Assembly (NCBI GenBank): GCA_040290225.1 | Contig: PSMS01000003.1 | Coordinates: 1-37,992, forward strand | Length of the DNA: 37,992 bases | Source: Patescibacteria group bacterium | GTDB taxonomy: Bacteria > Patescibacteriota > Minisyncoccia > UBA6257 > HR35 | Direction of reading: 5' to 3' | Notes under the pieces: model-generated | Database searches by the model: none | What the model was told of the DNA's origin: nothing | Seen by the model: the letters and a program-made list of their open reading frames with translations, nothing else | Shown here: piece after piece, positions 8,686 through 18,226 of the stretch | How positions within the stretch are numbered: position 1 is the first letter of the stretch | Layout of the letters: each line of letters starts with the position of its first letter | Position numbers and translations under genes: made by a program

Positions 8686-9636
8686 ATGATGACTCCGCGA
8701 GACCTAAAAAATTTTATAATTGATTTATATAATTTAGGTGAAAGACAGTTTGAAAAAGAAAGGATGGCGAAAGAAATGATCGAAGAGAGACTTAAATCTT
8801 TTAGAATCCCTTATACTTTGGAAAAATTTACTACTTCAATTCCGCTTATCGAAAAGGCAATTCTTAAACTAGACGGACGCCCTGTACCTTGTGTAGCAAC
8901 CTCAATGGTAAGCGGAAATATCAATAATCCAAACCACCTCATTAGCTCTTTAACCAGTTCTCAAAATTTTTTATTTGTTGAAAATATAAATTTTAATCCC
9001 TTATGCCCAAAGATTTCGCGTAGTAATCATTATTTTGCTCCTGCTATCGCTGTTCCACGCTATGTTGTGCCCAAAATATTCCGTGCTAAAAAGATAATCG
9101 GCAAAGTTCGTGTTAAAAAAACAAATCATCTATCTGCAAATATTCTCGTTGGCAATTGGATAAACCCCCGTTACCTTATATTTTCTCATTATGATTCTAT
9201 TTATGGCGGTGCAGTAGACAATGCCAGTGGAACTGCACTTTCACTCTTTCTTGCTGTTAATAATTCAAATCTACTAAAACAAACTCTTTTTGTATTTTCA
9301 GGTAACGAAGAACTTTCTTACGACAAACCAATTTATTGGGGTCATGGTTACCGCGTTTTTGAAGAGCGACATAAACACCTCTTGGAAAAAGCAAAAAAGA
9401 TATTAATTCTTGACTGCCTTGGCTTTAGTAAAACATTTTTTATCAACAAAGAAGAAATCGTGCGTTTAGGATTTCCAGTTAATTGTCTTCAAAAAATTAT
9501 CTCAAAGACTTGGATAGTTGCTGGTGATATACAAAAATTGATGAGATTTTATCACAGTGAACTTGACAAACCCTCACTCATCAGCGAAAAAGAATTAGTT
9601 AAAGCAGCTGCCGAGATTATTAGTAAATTAAGATAA
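8686..9636 (+). CDS. M28 family metallopeptidase (start moved from the GTG at 8635 to the ATG at 8686)
   Basis: SHYDS, GAVDNASG, GNEEL, LDCLG and YHSELD zinc-ligand motifs. The 8635 GTG lies inside the terminator hairpin. Confidence 0.85.
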   Translation: MMTPRDLKNFIIDLYNLGERQFEKERMAKEMIEERLKSFRIPYTLEKFTTSIPLIEKAILKLDGRPVPCVATSMVSGNINNPNHLISSLTSSQNFLFVENINFNPLCPKISRSNHYFAPAIAVPRYVVPKIFRAKKIIGKVRVKKTNHLSANILVGNWINPRYLIFSHYDSIYGGAVDNASGTALSLFLAVNNSNLLKQTLFVFSGNEELSYDKPIYWGHGYRVFEERHKHLLEKAKKILILDCLGFSKTFFINKEEIVRLGFPVNCLQKIISKTWIVAGDIQKLMRFYHSELDKPSLISEKELVKAAAEIISKLR

Positions 9637-9673
9637 AATTATAATAAAGAAGTAGATTTTCTTAAATTTTAAA

Positions 9674-11449
9674 TCACTCTGCTGTTTTTTCAATATCTTC
9701 TATTTCTTTTTTCACAAATTTTTCTGCGTTGTCTAAATCTTTTTTAAGCTTATTAATAATTTTTTCCTCTTCTTCGGTAAGTTGACGTTTTGAACGCGCT
9801 TTTTCCAGCATCTCGATCTGTTCAAGAATATCTTCTTTTAGGAAATCAAAAGCTTTGTGAAGTGCTTGTTCCGCTTCACCAACTTCCTTTTTCACTTTTT
9901 TCTTAAGGACTGTAAACTTATGCCACCAGTAATACAACAGATAGACAAGTAAGAAAATGAGCGCGATAAGCGGAACAATGACTGCGAGAAACTCTATAGC
10001 CCGAGATCCGATTCTAAACAATATAGGCTGTTCTACTATTATTGTAACTTTTTCACTGGGATTGCTTTTCGCGCCTCTTGCGTCTGTTACTTCAGCCCAT
10101 GCAGTATAAATACCTTTTGCTAATTTATCCTCTATAACAAAAGTAAAATTTCCATCTTGATCGCTTTTTACAGAATCATTTTTGAGAGCACCTTTTTCAT
10201 GTCGAAGCCAGAGTGATATCTGGGCGTTCGGATATTTTGTTTTACCTTTGATAATAAGAATTTCTTCGCTTGCTAATTTCTTTGGATAATCAGTGATAAT
10301 TGGTGGTTCTAATGGTTCAATGATAAAATCAGCGAAATTTGTTGTTGAATTACCAGCTTTATCTACAGCTTTAACAATCAAAGTGTATTTTCCTGGTTTT
10401 AAAACTGGTGTTTCGTATCTGTGGCTTCCATCATCTCTCCATATCTGTTGAACTTGATTGTCAATTTGAACTTCATAATAATCAATACCGGAAGTTTTGT
10501 CACTGGCATTAAAAATAAATCTTACTTTTGGCTCAGTCAAATCCGCTCTTGGTATTTCAGTTATTTCCAATCGTTCTGGTTTTTCTGTATCAATTTGAAA
10601 TCTAAAATGAGAAATCCTTCCCCAGCCATGTTTATTTTGGAATTGAACATGAAAATACCAAATACCATCAGCTAAATTTTCTAATTGCTTTTCAGAAATG
10701 GGCGGTTCATAAACTACTCTTGGCTCGGAATTGGGAAATTTATCATAAAGCAATCGGACTGCAGTTACATCAGCTGGTAATTGCCAAGAAAATTTTGGAT
10801 TTGGATTTTTGTACCATTTATTTGGATCAGGGTGAGTAGGAGAGGAAATAATTGGAGCAGGTGGAACTCCAACAAGGGGGGCTGCAGATTCGCTAGAAGG
10901 AAGTTCTTCAACTGGTGGAGTAACAAATGCAGGTTTTATAGTATAAGTTCCTCCACTCATCTGAGCTAAAACATTTGTTCCCTCACCATCATTAGCTAAA
11001 ACAGCTCCAGAAAAAAATTTAATTTCGGTTGTTCCTTCTTGTAAAGCCTTAAATTTTAAACTTATTATTTTTCCATTATTACCAATGAAACCAGGATTAA
11101 AAATTATCCCTTCTAAAAAAACTTCGCCAAGATCATTATCAAATCTTGGCTCTTGAACCCACAAGTTTATTTTTGAATCTGCTTTTGATAAAGAAATAAT
11201 TCTTAAATAATTTGGATCGAATTTTATTTTAACAGAAATAGCATTTATTGATTGGTCGGGAGAATTAACAAAAAGAGTAATTGTAAAGGTCTCACCGATA
11301 TTCACTGATTTTGATTGAGGGCTTAAAATTAAATCAGCAGAAAAAACAGATCGGGGTGCAATAAATAAGAAAAAAATACTTGAAAGCAATGAAAAAATTA
11401 TCAAGAATTTATAACTATAATCATTTTGTTTAATTCTCGAAATCTTCAT
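9674..11449 (-). CDS. Secreted, membrane-anchored cohesin-domain protein with Ig-like domains and a cytoplasmic coiled coil
   Basis: Signal peptide; GETFTITLFVNS..SINAISVKIKFDP..GKIISLKFKA..VLANDGEGT cohesin pattern; SGIDYYEV and VKAVDKAGN Ig-like motifs; C-terminal TM helix and K/E-rich tail. Confidence 0.8.
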   Translation of the reverse strand: MKISRIKQNDYSYKFLIIFSLLSSIFFLFIAPRSVFSADLILSPQSKSVNIGETFTITLFVNSPDQSINAISVKIKFDPNYLRIISLSKADSKINLWVQEPRFDNDLGEVFLEGIIFNPGFIGNNGKIISLKFKALQEGTTEIKFFSGAVLANDGEGTNVLAQMSGGTYTIKPAFVTPPVEELPSSESAAPLVGVPPAPIISSPTHPDPNKWYKNPNPKFSWQLPADVTAVRLLYDKFPNSEPRVVYEPPISEKQLENLADGIWYFHVQFQNKHGWGRISHFRFQIDTEKPERLEITEIPRADLTEPKVRFIFNASDKTSGIDYYEVQIDNQVQQIWRDDGSHRYETPVLKPGKYTLIVKAVDKAGNSTTNFADFIIEPLEPPIITDYPKKLASEEILIIKGKTKYPNAQISLWLRHEKGALKNDSVKSDQDGNFTFVIEDKLAKGIYTAWAEVTDARGAKSNPSEKVTIIVEQPILFRIGSRAIEFLAVIVPLIALIFLLVYLLYYWWHKFTVLKKKVKKEVGEAEQALHKAFDFLKEDILEQIEMLEKARSKRQLTEEEEKIINKLKKDLDNAEKFVKKEIEDIEKTAE

Positions 11450-11478
11450 TTAAATTTATTATAATATTTTTGTGTTCT

Positions 11479-12405
11479 CTATGGAAAAATTAATTTTTTA
11501 AAAACGATGAAAAGTATTATAGCAAAAATAATAATAAATATAATTTCATCCCCAACAAAAAGATTTTTTGGTGTTAAATATTCAATCCTTTCATTACCAG
11601 CCCGATCGATTGCCTTAACAAAAATAAAACTTCTTAAGGTTTGATCTTTAATCAGATAAGGAGATTCAACAATTTGAAAATCTTGTTCGCTGATTTTTGG
11701 TTTTAAAACGAAAAATCTTCCTGGTTTTTCGGCAACTTCATAATGAGAAATGCCTGATTGTTTATCTTTGGCTTCAAAAATTAAATAATTAATTCCATCA
11801 ATATTTACAATTTCAGGTTTAAATTCTTCAGGAGGAAAATTATCTTTTACTTCATAGAATGTTTTTCCAATGCCAGGAATAATTTTTATTTTCAAATTTT
11901 TAAAATTTAATTTATCTTGAGTTCCATAGCCATCATTTAATAAAGTTTTAGAGTTTGATAAAAATTCTATTATTATTTGTTTTTCATTTTTTACTTCATT
12001 AGGTGATGATAAGATAATACTTGCCAATTTTCCTCTTTTTCCGATATAACCGCCGGGAATAATTCCACTAAATTTTACTATATCACCAATATTTTCACTT
12101 CTCCTTTCTAAATATGGTTTTTCTAACCAGAAACTGATTATTGAATCACCAATAAAATAATCTTTGAAATTTAAATCTTTTGGTAAAGCAATTTCTGTTT
12201 CCAAAGCATTAATAGAATTTCCCTCAGTATCAATATAAACATCAACAACTATATCTTCTCCCGCAATATAATTATTTCTAGATTCTAAATAAAGTGTTGA
12301 AGCCCAACTAGTAGAACCTAAAAGGTTGGCTACCAGAAACGATAAAAAAATAATTTTTTTACAACTCTTCATTTTAAAAAAATTTTTTAAAATTAATTTT
12401 AACAT
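11479..12405 (-). CDS. Second cohesin-domain protein with a C-terminal TM anchor
   Basis: Signal peptide; VDVYIDTEGNSINALE..FSGIIPGGY..LLNDGYGT; SGISHYEV and VKAIDRAGN shared with the neighbouring gene; C-terminal hydrophobic helix. Confidence 0.78.
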   Translation of the reverse strand: MLKLILKNFFKMKSCKKIIFLSFLVANLLGSTSWASTLYLESRNNYIAGEDIVVDVYIDTEGNSINALETEIALPKDLNFKDYFIGDSIISFWLEKPYLERRSENIGDIVKFSGIIPGGYIGKRGKLASIILSSPNEVKNEKQIIIEFLSNSKTLLNDGYGTQDKLNFKNLKIKIIPGIGKTFYEVKDNFPPEEFKPEIVNIDGINYLIFEAKDKQSGISHYEVAEKPGRFFVLKPKISEQDFQIVESPYLIKDQTLRSFIFVKAIDRAGNERIEYLTPKNLFVGDEIIFIIIFAIILFIVFKKLIFP

Positions 12406-12411
12406 TTTTCA

Positions 12412-13473
12412 TTAACCCGTCCACCAATAAGCTAAAATACTAAAGTCACTTAAATTAACTTTACCATCATTATTTAAATCTGCTCTCTTACATTTTTCTG
12501 TTAATTTTCTTTTATAACAATAAGCCATAATTGAAAAATCAACTAAATTAACTCGACAATCATTATTTAAATCTGCTTTAATATTACAAACAGCTGGTTT
12601 TTTCAAAATTGTTTTTTCTCCAACCTTAAAGGCAACAGCTCTTGAATAAGGCGAGGTAATAACTAAACTTCTTTCTTTATAGGTTGATTTGGATTTTGTT
12701 AAATGTTCACCTATTTCTAAGTCGGTAGTATTTAAAGAATAAAAATAACCTCCTTGTTCATCAGCATAAACTTTTAAGAAAATTTCATTTTCTGAGCTTA
12801 TATTGATTAAAATTTCAGAATTGGGTACACTAAAACCAAAAATGCTAATATCTTCCCCCTTTTTAACATCTGTTTTATCAACATCAATTGTTGGTGAGAG
12901 AAAAACTCCGGTGATATTAATTGTTGAACCAGCAGAAACAAATGTTGGAAAAGTAAATAAATTTGTTCTTAGACCTTTTTTGTCTTCTCCATAAACAGAA
13001 AATAAATAACTGCCAGGATTAAGATTTGTCAGTCTTATTTGCCATTTTCCGTCTCTTTCAGCTCTGGTAGTTGCTTTTATAATACCATCAGATAAAATAG
13101 TAATTTCAGAACCGGGTGCTGCTAAACCAGAAATTATAACATCTCCTGTTTGCTGATAAGGAAAAAATCCACCGCCTCCACCACCAGAAGGAGGAGAAAC
13201 AAAACAACGAGAAGTATTAAAAGTACAATTGGGATTACAAGTTAAAGTACCACCAAAATATCCTAAACTAACACAATTTTGTCCTCCTAAATCACCACCA
13301 TCACATTCTTCCCCGGGTTCTTTAATATTATTTCCACAAACACCTTTCACAAAAGCAGTAATTTGGACATTACCAGCTCCAAAAATTTCAAATTTAAAAT
13401 ATAACAAAAAGATTATTAAAAAAAATAAAAAGAAAAATTTTTTCTTTTCTAATCTTAAATAATCTTTCATCAA
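12412..13473 (-). CDS. Secreted protein with a Cys-rich (DUF4215-like) motif, Ig-like domains and a C-terminal dockerin
   Basis: VCGNNIKEPGEECDG; Gly linker PPSGGGGGG; duplicated Ca-binding loops ADLNNDCRVNLVDFSIM and ADLNNDGKVNLSDFSIL. Confidence 0.85.
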   Translation of the reverse strand: MMKDYLRLEKKKFFFLFFLIIFLLYFKFEIFGAGNVQITAFVKGVCGNNIKEPGEECDGGDLGGQNCVSLGYFGGTLTCNPNCTFNTSRCFVSPPSGGGGGGFFPYQQTGDVIISGLAAPGSEITILSDGIIKATTRAERDGKWQIRLTNLNPGSYLFSVYGEDKKGLRTNLFTFPTFVSAGSTINITGVFLSPTIDVDKTDVKKGEDISIFGFSVPNSEILINISSENEIFLKVYADEQGGYFYSLNTTDLEIGEHLTKSKSTYKERSLVITSPYSRAVAFKVGEKTILKKPAVCNIKADLNNDCRVNLVDFSIMAYCYKRKLTEKCKRADLNNDGKVNLSDFSILAYWWTG

Positions 13474-13511
13474 TTTAATTCTAACACCAAAAGATTTCGT
13501 TTTTTATGTTT

Positions 13512-14408
13512 TTACGAATCGCTCTTTAATGCTTTTTTAATAATCCATTGATTATAAGCTCTAATTAGACGAGGTAAAACTAAAACTAAGAAAATAATAA
13601 CAAATAGCAAAATAATTGTAAATTTAAGAGGAAAAACAAAAATCCAAAAATTATAATTTAAAGATTGAGCATTATCTTTGCCGTAATTCATTGAAAGCAA
13701 AACATGATAGGGTCCAAAAGCAAAAGGCCCTTCCCATTTATTTTCTAAAATTTTTTCTTTATGAGGTAAAATTTGTAAAATTCTTGGATTAATTGAAAGA
13801 ATTGCTTTGGTTCTTCCAAAAATATCTTTAATTATCCAATTTCCTTCTGGTCTAATATAAGTATTTCCCTCATTTTTAACCGTTACTGCAAATTTTATCG
13901 GAAATCTGAAATTAAATACTTGGTAATCAATTTTAGAAAAACTTGCTTTTTCAATAATATTGCCGGCAACATTAAGATAAATTAATGAACCAACACGAGT
14001 TACAATACCAACTTGTCCTTCTTTTTCTTGAAGAGGCTTGTTTTGAAGCCATAAAACTAAAAAATGTCCTCCAGGTGGAGCTGATTGAGGAATATTAATC
14101 TCTACATCAACATATTTTAATTCTTTAGGTTTTAATTTTATTGATTTCGGTAATTGAAACCAATCTTTTTCAGGAGGATTTTTGTAAAAATTTTTAACTT
14201 CACCATCTTCAGTAAAACCCTCAAGATCAAAAATAAAATTATCTTCAAAATCAGAATCGTTTCTAACAAAAAATTGTAATTTAATTTTTTCACCAGGACT
14301 AGCGTTAATTTCAACCTTAGCTGGTCCAACAGTTAAAGCAAGTGAATCTTTAGAAAAAAACAAAAATCCAATTATTAAAACAATGAATAAACACGATTTC
14401 TTTACCAT
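13512..14408 (-). CDS. DUF916/DUF3324-like (WxL-interacting, PapD chaperone-like) membrane-anchored protein
   Basis: Signal peptide; LTVGPAKVEINASPGE, IPQSAPPGGHF, VKNEGNTYIRPEG and ILP motifs; C-terminal TM helix. Confidence 0.72.
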   Translation of the reverse strand: MVKKSCLFIVLIIGFLFFSKDSLALTVGPAKVEINASPGEKIKLQFFVRNDSDFEDNFIFDLEGFTEDGEVKNFYKNPPEKDWFQLPKSIKLKPKELKYVDVEINIPQSAPPGGHFLVLWLQNKPLQEKEGQVGIVTRVGSLIYLNVAGNIIEKASFSKIDYQVFNFRFPIKFAVTVKNEGNTYIRPEGNWIIKDIFGRTKAILSINPRILQILPHKEKILENKWEGPFAFGPYHVLLSMNYGKDNAQSLNYNFWIFVFPLKFTIILLFVIIFLVLVLPRLIRAYNQWIIKKALKSDS

Positions 14409-14428
14409 ATTTTTTAATTTTATTTTTT

Positions 14429-15055
14429 TTAATTTGATGTGCAGGAATAAGTAATTGTATCACTATAAGAACCTGCAAGAGTAAGACCAGAAATGGCTGC
14501 TTTATGTCTAACAACAACCTCACGATTAGCTGTTGGCGCTGAAGATGAAGCTAAAGGAATAGTAGTTGTTGTTAATCCACCAACAGTGTTTCCACTAAAT
14601 GAATGATTATATCTTGGATTTAAACTAAGAGTAGAACCCGAACCAGCGGTAGTAGTTGCTGCTTGAATACCATAACCCTCTGTACCGGCAGATAAATTTG
14701 CTGTTGGTGGAAAACCTGCTGCTGGTGAGGGAATTAAATGAGTAGGACTAGTTGATTTGTATAAACCACCATTAGTACCGTCGCCTTGATCCCTCACGCT
14801 TAATGTACATCCTGAAGCAGGGTTACAAGAAATTGTTGTTGTAACATTAGGAATTGATGTAAAAACATTCGAAGTATCGATAGTACCAAAGGCTGTTGTT
14901 GAAGTTGAAACCGTACAAGTAATCGAAGTAGCGACTGTAGCAGTAACATTTACTACTTGTTGACCGGAAAGATATTCAGGAGAAAACAAGTAAAATGAGA
15001 AAAACAATCCTAAAAGAAAAATAAAAATTACAGGTTTTTCCCGATAAATATCCAT
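14429..15055 (-). CDS. Small secreted WxL/pilin-like single-domain protein
   Basis: Signal peptide; N-terminal VNVTATV strand; C-terminal AGSYSDTITYSC strand, comparable to the terminal YxxxITWxL/GxYxDT strands of WxL and Csu/SCPU pilins. Confidence 0.65.
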   Translation of the reverse strand: MDIYREKPVIFIFLLGLFFSFYLFSPEYLSGQQVVNVTATVATSITCTVSTSTTAFGTIDTSNVFTSIPNVTTTISCNPASGCTLSVRDQGDGTNGGLYKSTSPTHLIPSPAAGFPPTANLSAGTEGYGIQAATTTAGSGSTLSLNPRYNHSFSGNTVGGLTTTTIPLASSSAPTANREVVVRHKAAISGLTLAGSYSDTITYSCTSN

Positions 15056-15189
15056 TTTATCAGCTAAATAAATAAATTAAATTCGACCCTCTTTATAATT
15101 TATTATATTTTATTTTCTTAAACTTAAAAAATTATTGTGGATAATTAAAGAGCTGAGCAGGAATAAGTAATTGTATCACTATAAGAACC
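14441..15189. repeat. 33-bp exact direct repeat at 14441-14473 and 15157-15189
   Basis: GCAGGAATAAGTAATTGTATCACTATAAGAACC occurs twice and encodes GSYSDTITYSC in both paralogues. Confidence 0.9.
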
Positions 15190-17403
15190 CGCAGGGGCCA
15201 GAAAGGAAACGGCTGCTTTATGAATAATTGTTATAACTTGATTAGAAACAGCTATACTTGAAGTTGCTAAAACTTGTGGGGTTAATGTTAATCCACCAAC
15301 ATTATTTCCGCTTTTATTATATTTAGGATTAATATTAATACTTGGATTAGTTGTTGTTGCTTGGATTCCGTAGCCATCAGAACCAGCAGTTAAAAGAAGA
15401 TCAGCAGATGGAATTAAATATGATGGAGCTGTTGATTTATAAAGACCAGGATTAGAACCATTACCAGCATCATTAATAGTAACCTGAAAACCAGCAGGAC
15501 TTGTAATTGTAAGATTAATATTAGGAGAAGAAGTCGAAACAGAACTTGGTGATAAATCCGAAAAATTTGTTGTTGTTGCTGAAACTGAACAAGAAATTGA
15601 TAGGGCTGCGGTAGTAATTTGCGGAATAACTAAATAACTATCTAATAAGGTACCATCACTTTTAACAATCCGGAAACAATAAGTGGTATTTGCTGATGCT
15701 CCATTATCTTTTAGCGAAAAATCCCATTTACCGTCTTGGCCCGAAGGAATAGCCGCCACCGAGTTGGTAAAATTATTCAGTTCTTCGTAGGTTTGATTAA
15801 CAATTGTATCCGCGCCATGAGTTGGGTCATTGACATTAGCAGTCAAAGCTACGCCATCAGCTGGTGTTGGGTTGTCGTTATAAGCAATAACAGTTGATGT
15901 TGTCACATCCACATAGGTCTCGCCGGAAAAGCCGGTATCGCATAAATTATCAGCTCCTCGCTGAGCAAACTGTAATTTAAATTCTTGTCCATTTATTGCC
16001 AATTGATTGCCACCAATATGTAAAAGCATTCTTAAGCGAAAAGCAGCGCCAGGAGAACTAAGCGTAGCTGGCGTATCTTGAGCTGCTAAAGGTGTTCCCA
16101 CATCTGTTGAGTCAAGATTATTGAAAAAGCGGTAGGCAGACTGAGTAAAAGTTGGCATTGCAAGACTTATGACTAAAAGTTTAGTTTCTCCATTTATTCC
16201 TGTGCCTGAAGCTAAAGCAGTCACTTGATAACTGGCATTGGCTGGAGCAGAAGGATGACGCCATAAAAGACCAAAACCTCGCATCCTAAAAGATGAACCA
16301 CTTGCTCCATATTCAAAATTAAATTGGTTAGAAGATTGAGTTACACCTCCTGTTTTTAATCTAATGTTGCCAGCGTTAATTGTTCTAACAGCATTAACAG
16401 TATTGATAGTATCAATTCCAGCAATAATTACATTTTCGCCAGCCGGTAAGGTAGTGTTTAATGTTCCGATTATTGTCTCGCTAGTGCCAATCGAGACATT
16501 TGGGGTATCTAAAAACTCGCTATTTAAGCCCTGCAAAACAATTATTTTTGCTTCGCCATTAACACCAGCGGCTGAAGCTGAGGCAGTAACAGTGTAAGTT
16601 GGGTTAGCCGGCGCTCCGACATCTCTAGCAATTAACATATAACCCATACTTCGAATTGCTCCACTTGCTATTTCTAAAACAATAGCATTTTGATTACTTG
16701 ATAATACTTGTGTTCCTCTCTTTAATTTTAAATTACCAGCCGAAATGTTTCTGGAGCCTGCAGTACTGGTGTTATCGGCCTGAAAAATAGCAATGACTAT
16801 ATTATCACCAGCTGGTAGATTTGGGCTATGAGTCAAAATAGTTGTTTCAGTAGTACCAATTGGTACACTTACTCCATCAGCAAAAGAAGAAGCTGGTGGG
16901 TTATTAATAACTAAAATTTTTACTTCTCCCTGAGAACCGGCACCATCAGCTTGAGCTGTAACTTCATAAGTTGGATTAGCTGGTGCTCCAGCATCTCTAT
17001 AAACCAGCATTGTAGCCACTTGTTTTTTTCCGGCTGTTGCTCCATCAGCTCTGATAAGAAATTCATTGCTGGCTAAAGTTACGCCTGCCCTTTTTAATCT
17101 TAAATTACCCGCCGAAATTGTTCTTACAGCAGCAGCCTGAGTAGCATCAAATTGAAAAACAACAATTATTAAATTATCTCCAGCCGGCAAATTAGTAGCT
17201 AAGCTTCCAATAGTAGTTTCGGTTGTGCCAATAGTCACTGCCGCTCCATCAAGAAAAGCAGAAGTTGCCGCTTTTGCTTCTTTTATTTTCGGCGGAAAAT
17301 TAAAAATTTGAGGAAAACCACTAAATATCCAGCTGAAAATAATTAGAATTATAATTGTGTAACGAATAAACTTATTAATTATTTTATTAAAAATTAATGA
17401 CAT
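15145..17403 (-). CDS. Large secreted adhesin-like protein: three ~120-aa repeats, a middle domain and a C-terminal WxL/pilin-like domain
   Basis: Signal peptide; C-terminal domain clearly paralogous to 14429..15055 (GLYKST.P..LIPS, GYGIQA.TT, INP.YN, HKAA.S.L..AGSYSDTITYSC). Confidence 0.8.
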   Translation of the reverse strand: MSLIFNKIINKFIRYTIIILIIFSWIFSGFPQIFNFPPKIKEAKAATSAFLDGAAVTIGTTETTIGSLATNLPAGDNLIIVVFQFDATQAAAVRTISAGNLRLKRAGVTLASNEFLIRADGATAGKKQVATMLVYRDAGAPANPTYEVTAQADGAGSQGEVKILVINNPPASSFADGVSVPIGTTETTILTHSPNLPAGDNIVIAIFQADNTSTAGSRNISAGNLKLKRGTQVLSSNQNAIVLEIASGAIRSMGYMLIARDVGAPANPTYTVTASASAAGVNGEAKIIVLQGLNSEFLDTPNVSIGTSETIIGTLNTTLPAGENVIIAGIDTINTVNAVRTINAGNIRLKTGGVTQSSNQFNFEYGASGSSFRMRGFGLLWRHPSAPANASYQVTALASGTGINGETKLLVISLAMPTFTQSAYRFFNNLDSTDVGTPLAAQDTPATLSSPGAAFRLRMLLHIGGNQLAINGQEFKLQFAQRGADNLCDTGFSGETYVDVTTSTVIAYNDNPTPADGVALTANVNDPTHGADTIVNQTYEELNNFTNSVAAIPSGQDGKWDFSLKDNGASANTTYCFRIVKSDGTLLDSYLVIPQITTAALSISCSVSATTTNFSDLSPSSVSTSSPNINLTITSPAGFQVTINDAGNGSNPGLYKSTAPSYLIPSADLLLTAGSDGYGIQATTTNPSININPKYNKSGNNVGGLTLTPQVLATSSIAVSNQVITIIHKAAVSFLAPAGSYSDTITYSCSAL
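16165..17262 (-). repeat. Three tandem intragenic ~120-aa beta-rich repeats (boundaries approximate)
   Basis: Each unit has IGT(T/S)ET.I, LPAG(D/E)N..I, I(S/N)AGN(L/I)(R/K)LK, APAN..Y.VTA.A and GE.K(I/L).V. Confidence 0.9.
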
Positions 17404-18064
17404 TTATTTGACAAATCGTCGTGGAATCGCCGCTCGTGTAAATTATCGGAATGCTGAAATTGCCTTTTTGCGAGCCTGGTTGATTTTTAATTTGTAAAAC
17501 AAAAACATTATCGCCTTTCCCCGGCACATACGTATAGTCGCCGTTATTGAGAAAAGTAATATCAATGCCTAGCGGTAAACTGCCGATTTCAATATTTTCT
17601 GAATCGCTTCGCACGCCTTCAAGAATAAATTCCACTATTGTTTTGTCGATACCTGTAAGGTCAATTTTAAAATTTTTTGCTGAGCAGGAATGTTTGGCGT
17701 TTTTAGCAATTTTTATTTCTTTGTTAAGCTTCCTTTCCTTAAGAGGTGGAAGTTGTATTTGTGGTAGTTCTTGAGGCTGGATTATTTCTTCCGGCGCTCC
17801 TCCTTCTTCTATTAGTTCTTCTGTTTGAGGTGTTTCGGTTATTGAACTGGTCGTTGTTTCATTAGTTGTTGTTGAAGTTACAAATTCAATGGTTGAAGTC
17901 GTAGTTGTATTAGTTGATGTTGCAATTTCTTCGGCAAATGCTCCAAGCGGAACTTTCAGGCTCTTCTCAATCAACGAACCGTTTCCAATTATCCAAACAA
18001 AAATTACCAAAAATATAACAAAAAATTTAGAAAATTTATCAATTATTTGTTTTACTCTTGGCAT
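17387..18064 (-). CDS. Secreted or membrane protein with a Thr/Glu-rich linker and a C-terminal Ig-like domain; first gene of the surface operon
   Basis: N-terminal hydrophobic helix, TSTNTTTTST linker, beta-rich C-terminus; overlaps the next gene by 17 nt. Confidence 0.75.
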   Translation of the reverse strand: MPRVKQIIDKFSKFFVIFLVIFVWIIGNGSLIEKSLKVPLGAFAEEIATSTNTTTTSTIEFVTSTTTNETTTSSITETPQTEELIEEGGAPEEIIQPQELPQIQLPPLKERKLNKEIKIAKNAKHSCSAKNFKIDLTGIDKTIVEFILEGVRSDSENIEIGSLPLGIDITFLNNGDYTYVPGKGDNVFVLQIKNQPGSQKGNFSIPIIYTSGDSTTICQINVINF

Positions 18065-18226
18065 AACTTCTTACTTTGCGTAAATAAATTTATTATCATT
18101 TATAATTATATTAAACTTTTGTAGGATATAAAAAGATGTAAAAGAACTCTTTTAAAATGGTAAATAGAAAAATAAGACTTTAGATTTTGATTTTGGTAAG
18201 ATGAACTTTATAATTTAAAATATTAG

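Noticed and set aside
7616-9660. Integrative element with att duplication at tRNA-Asn
   Set aside because: I found no repeat of the tRNA 3' end downstream and no integrase; only the composition shift supports acquisition.
9674-13473. Cellulosome
   Set aside because: The cohesins are single-copy per protein, the dockerin protein has no catalytic domain, and no glycoside hydrolase is present in the window.
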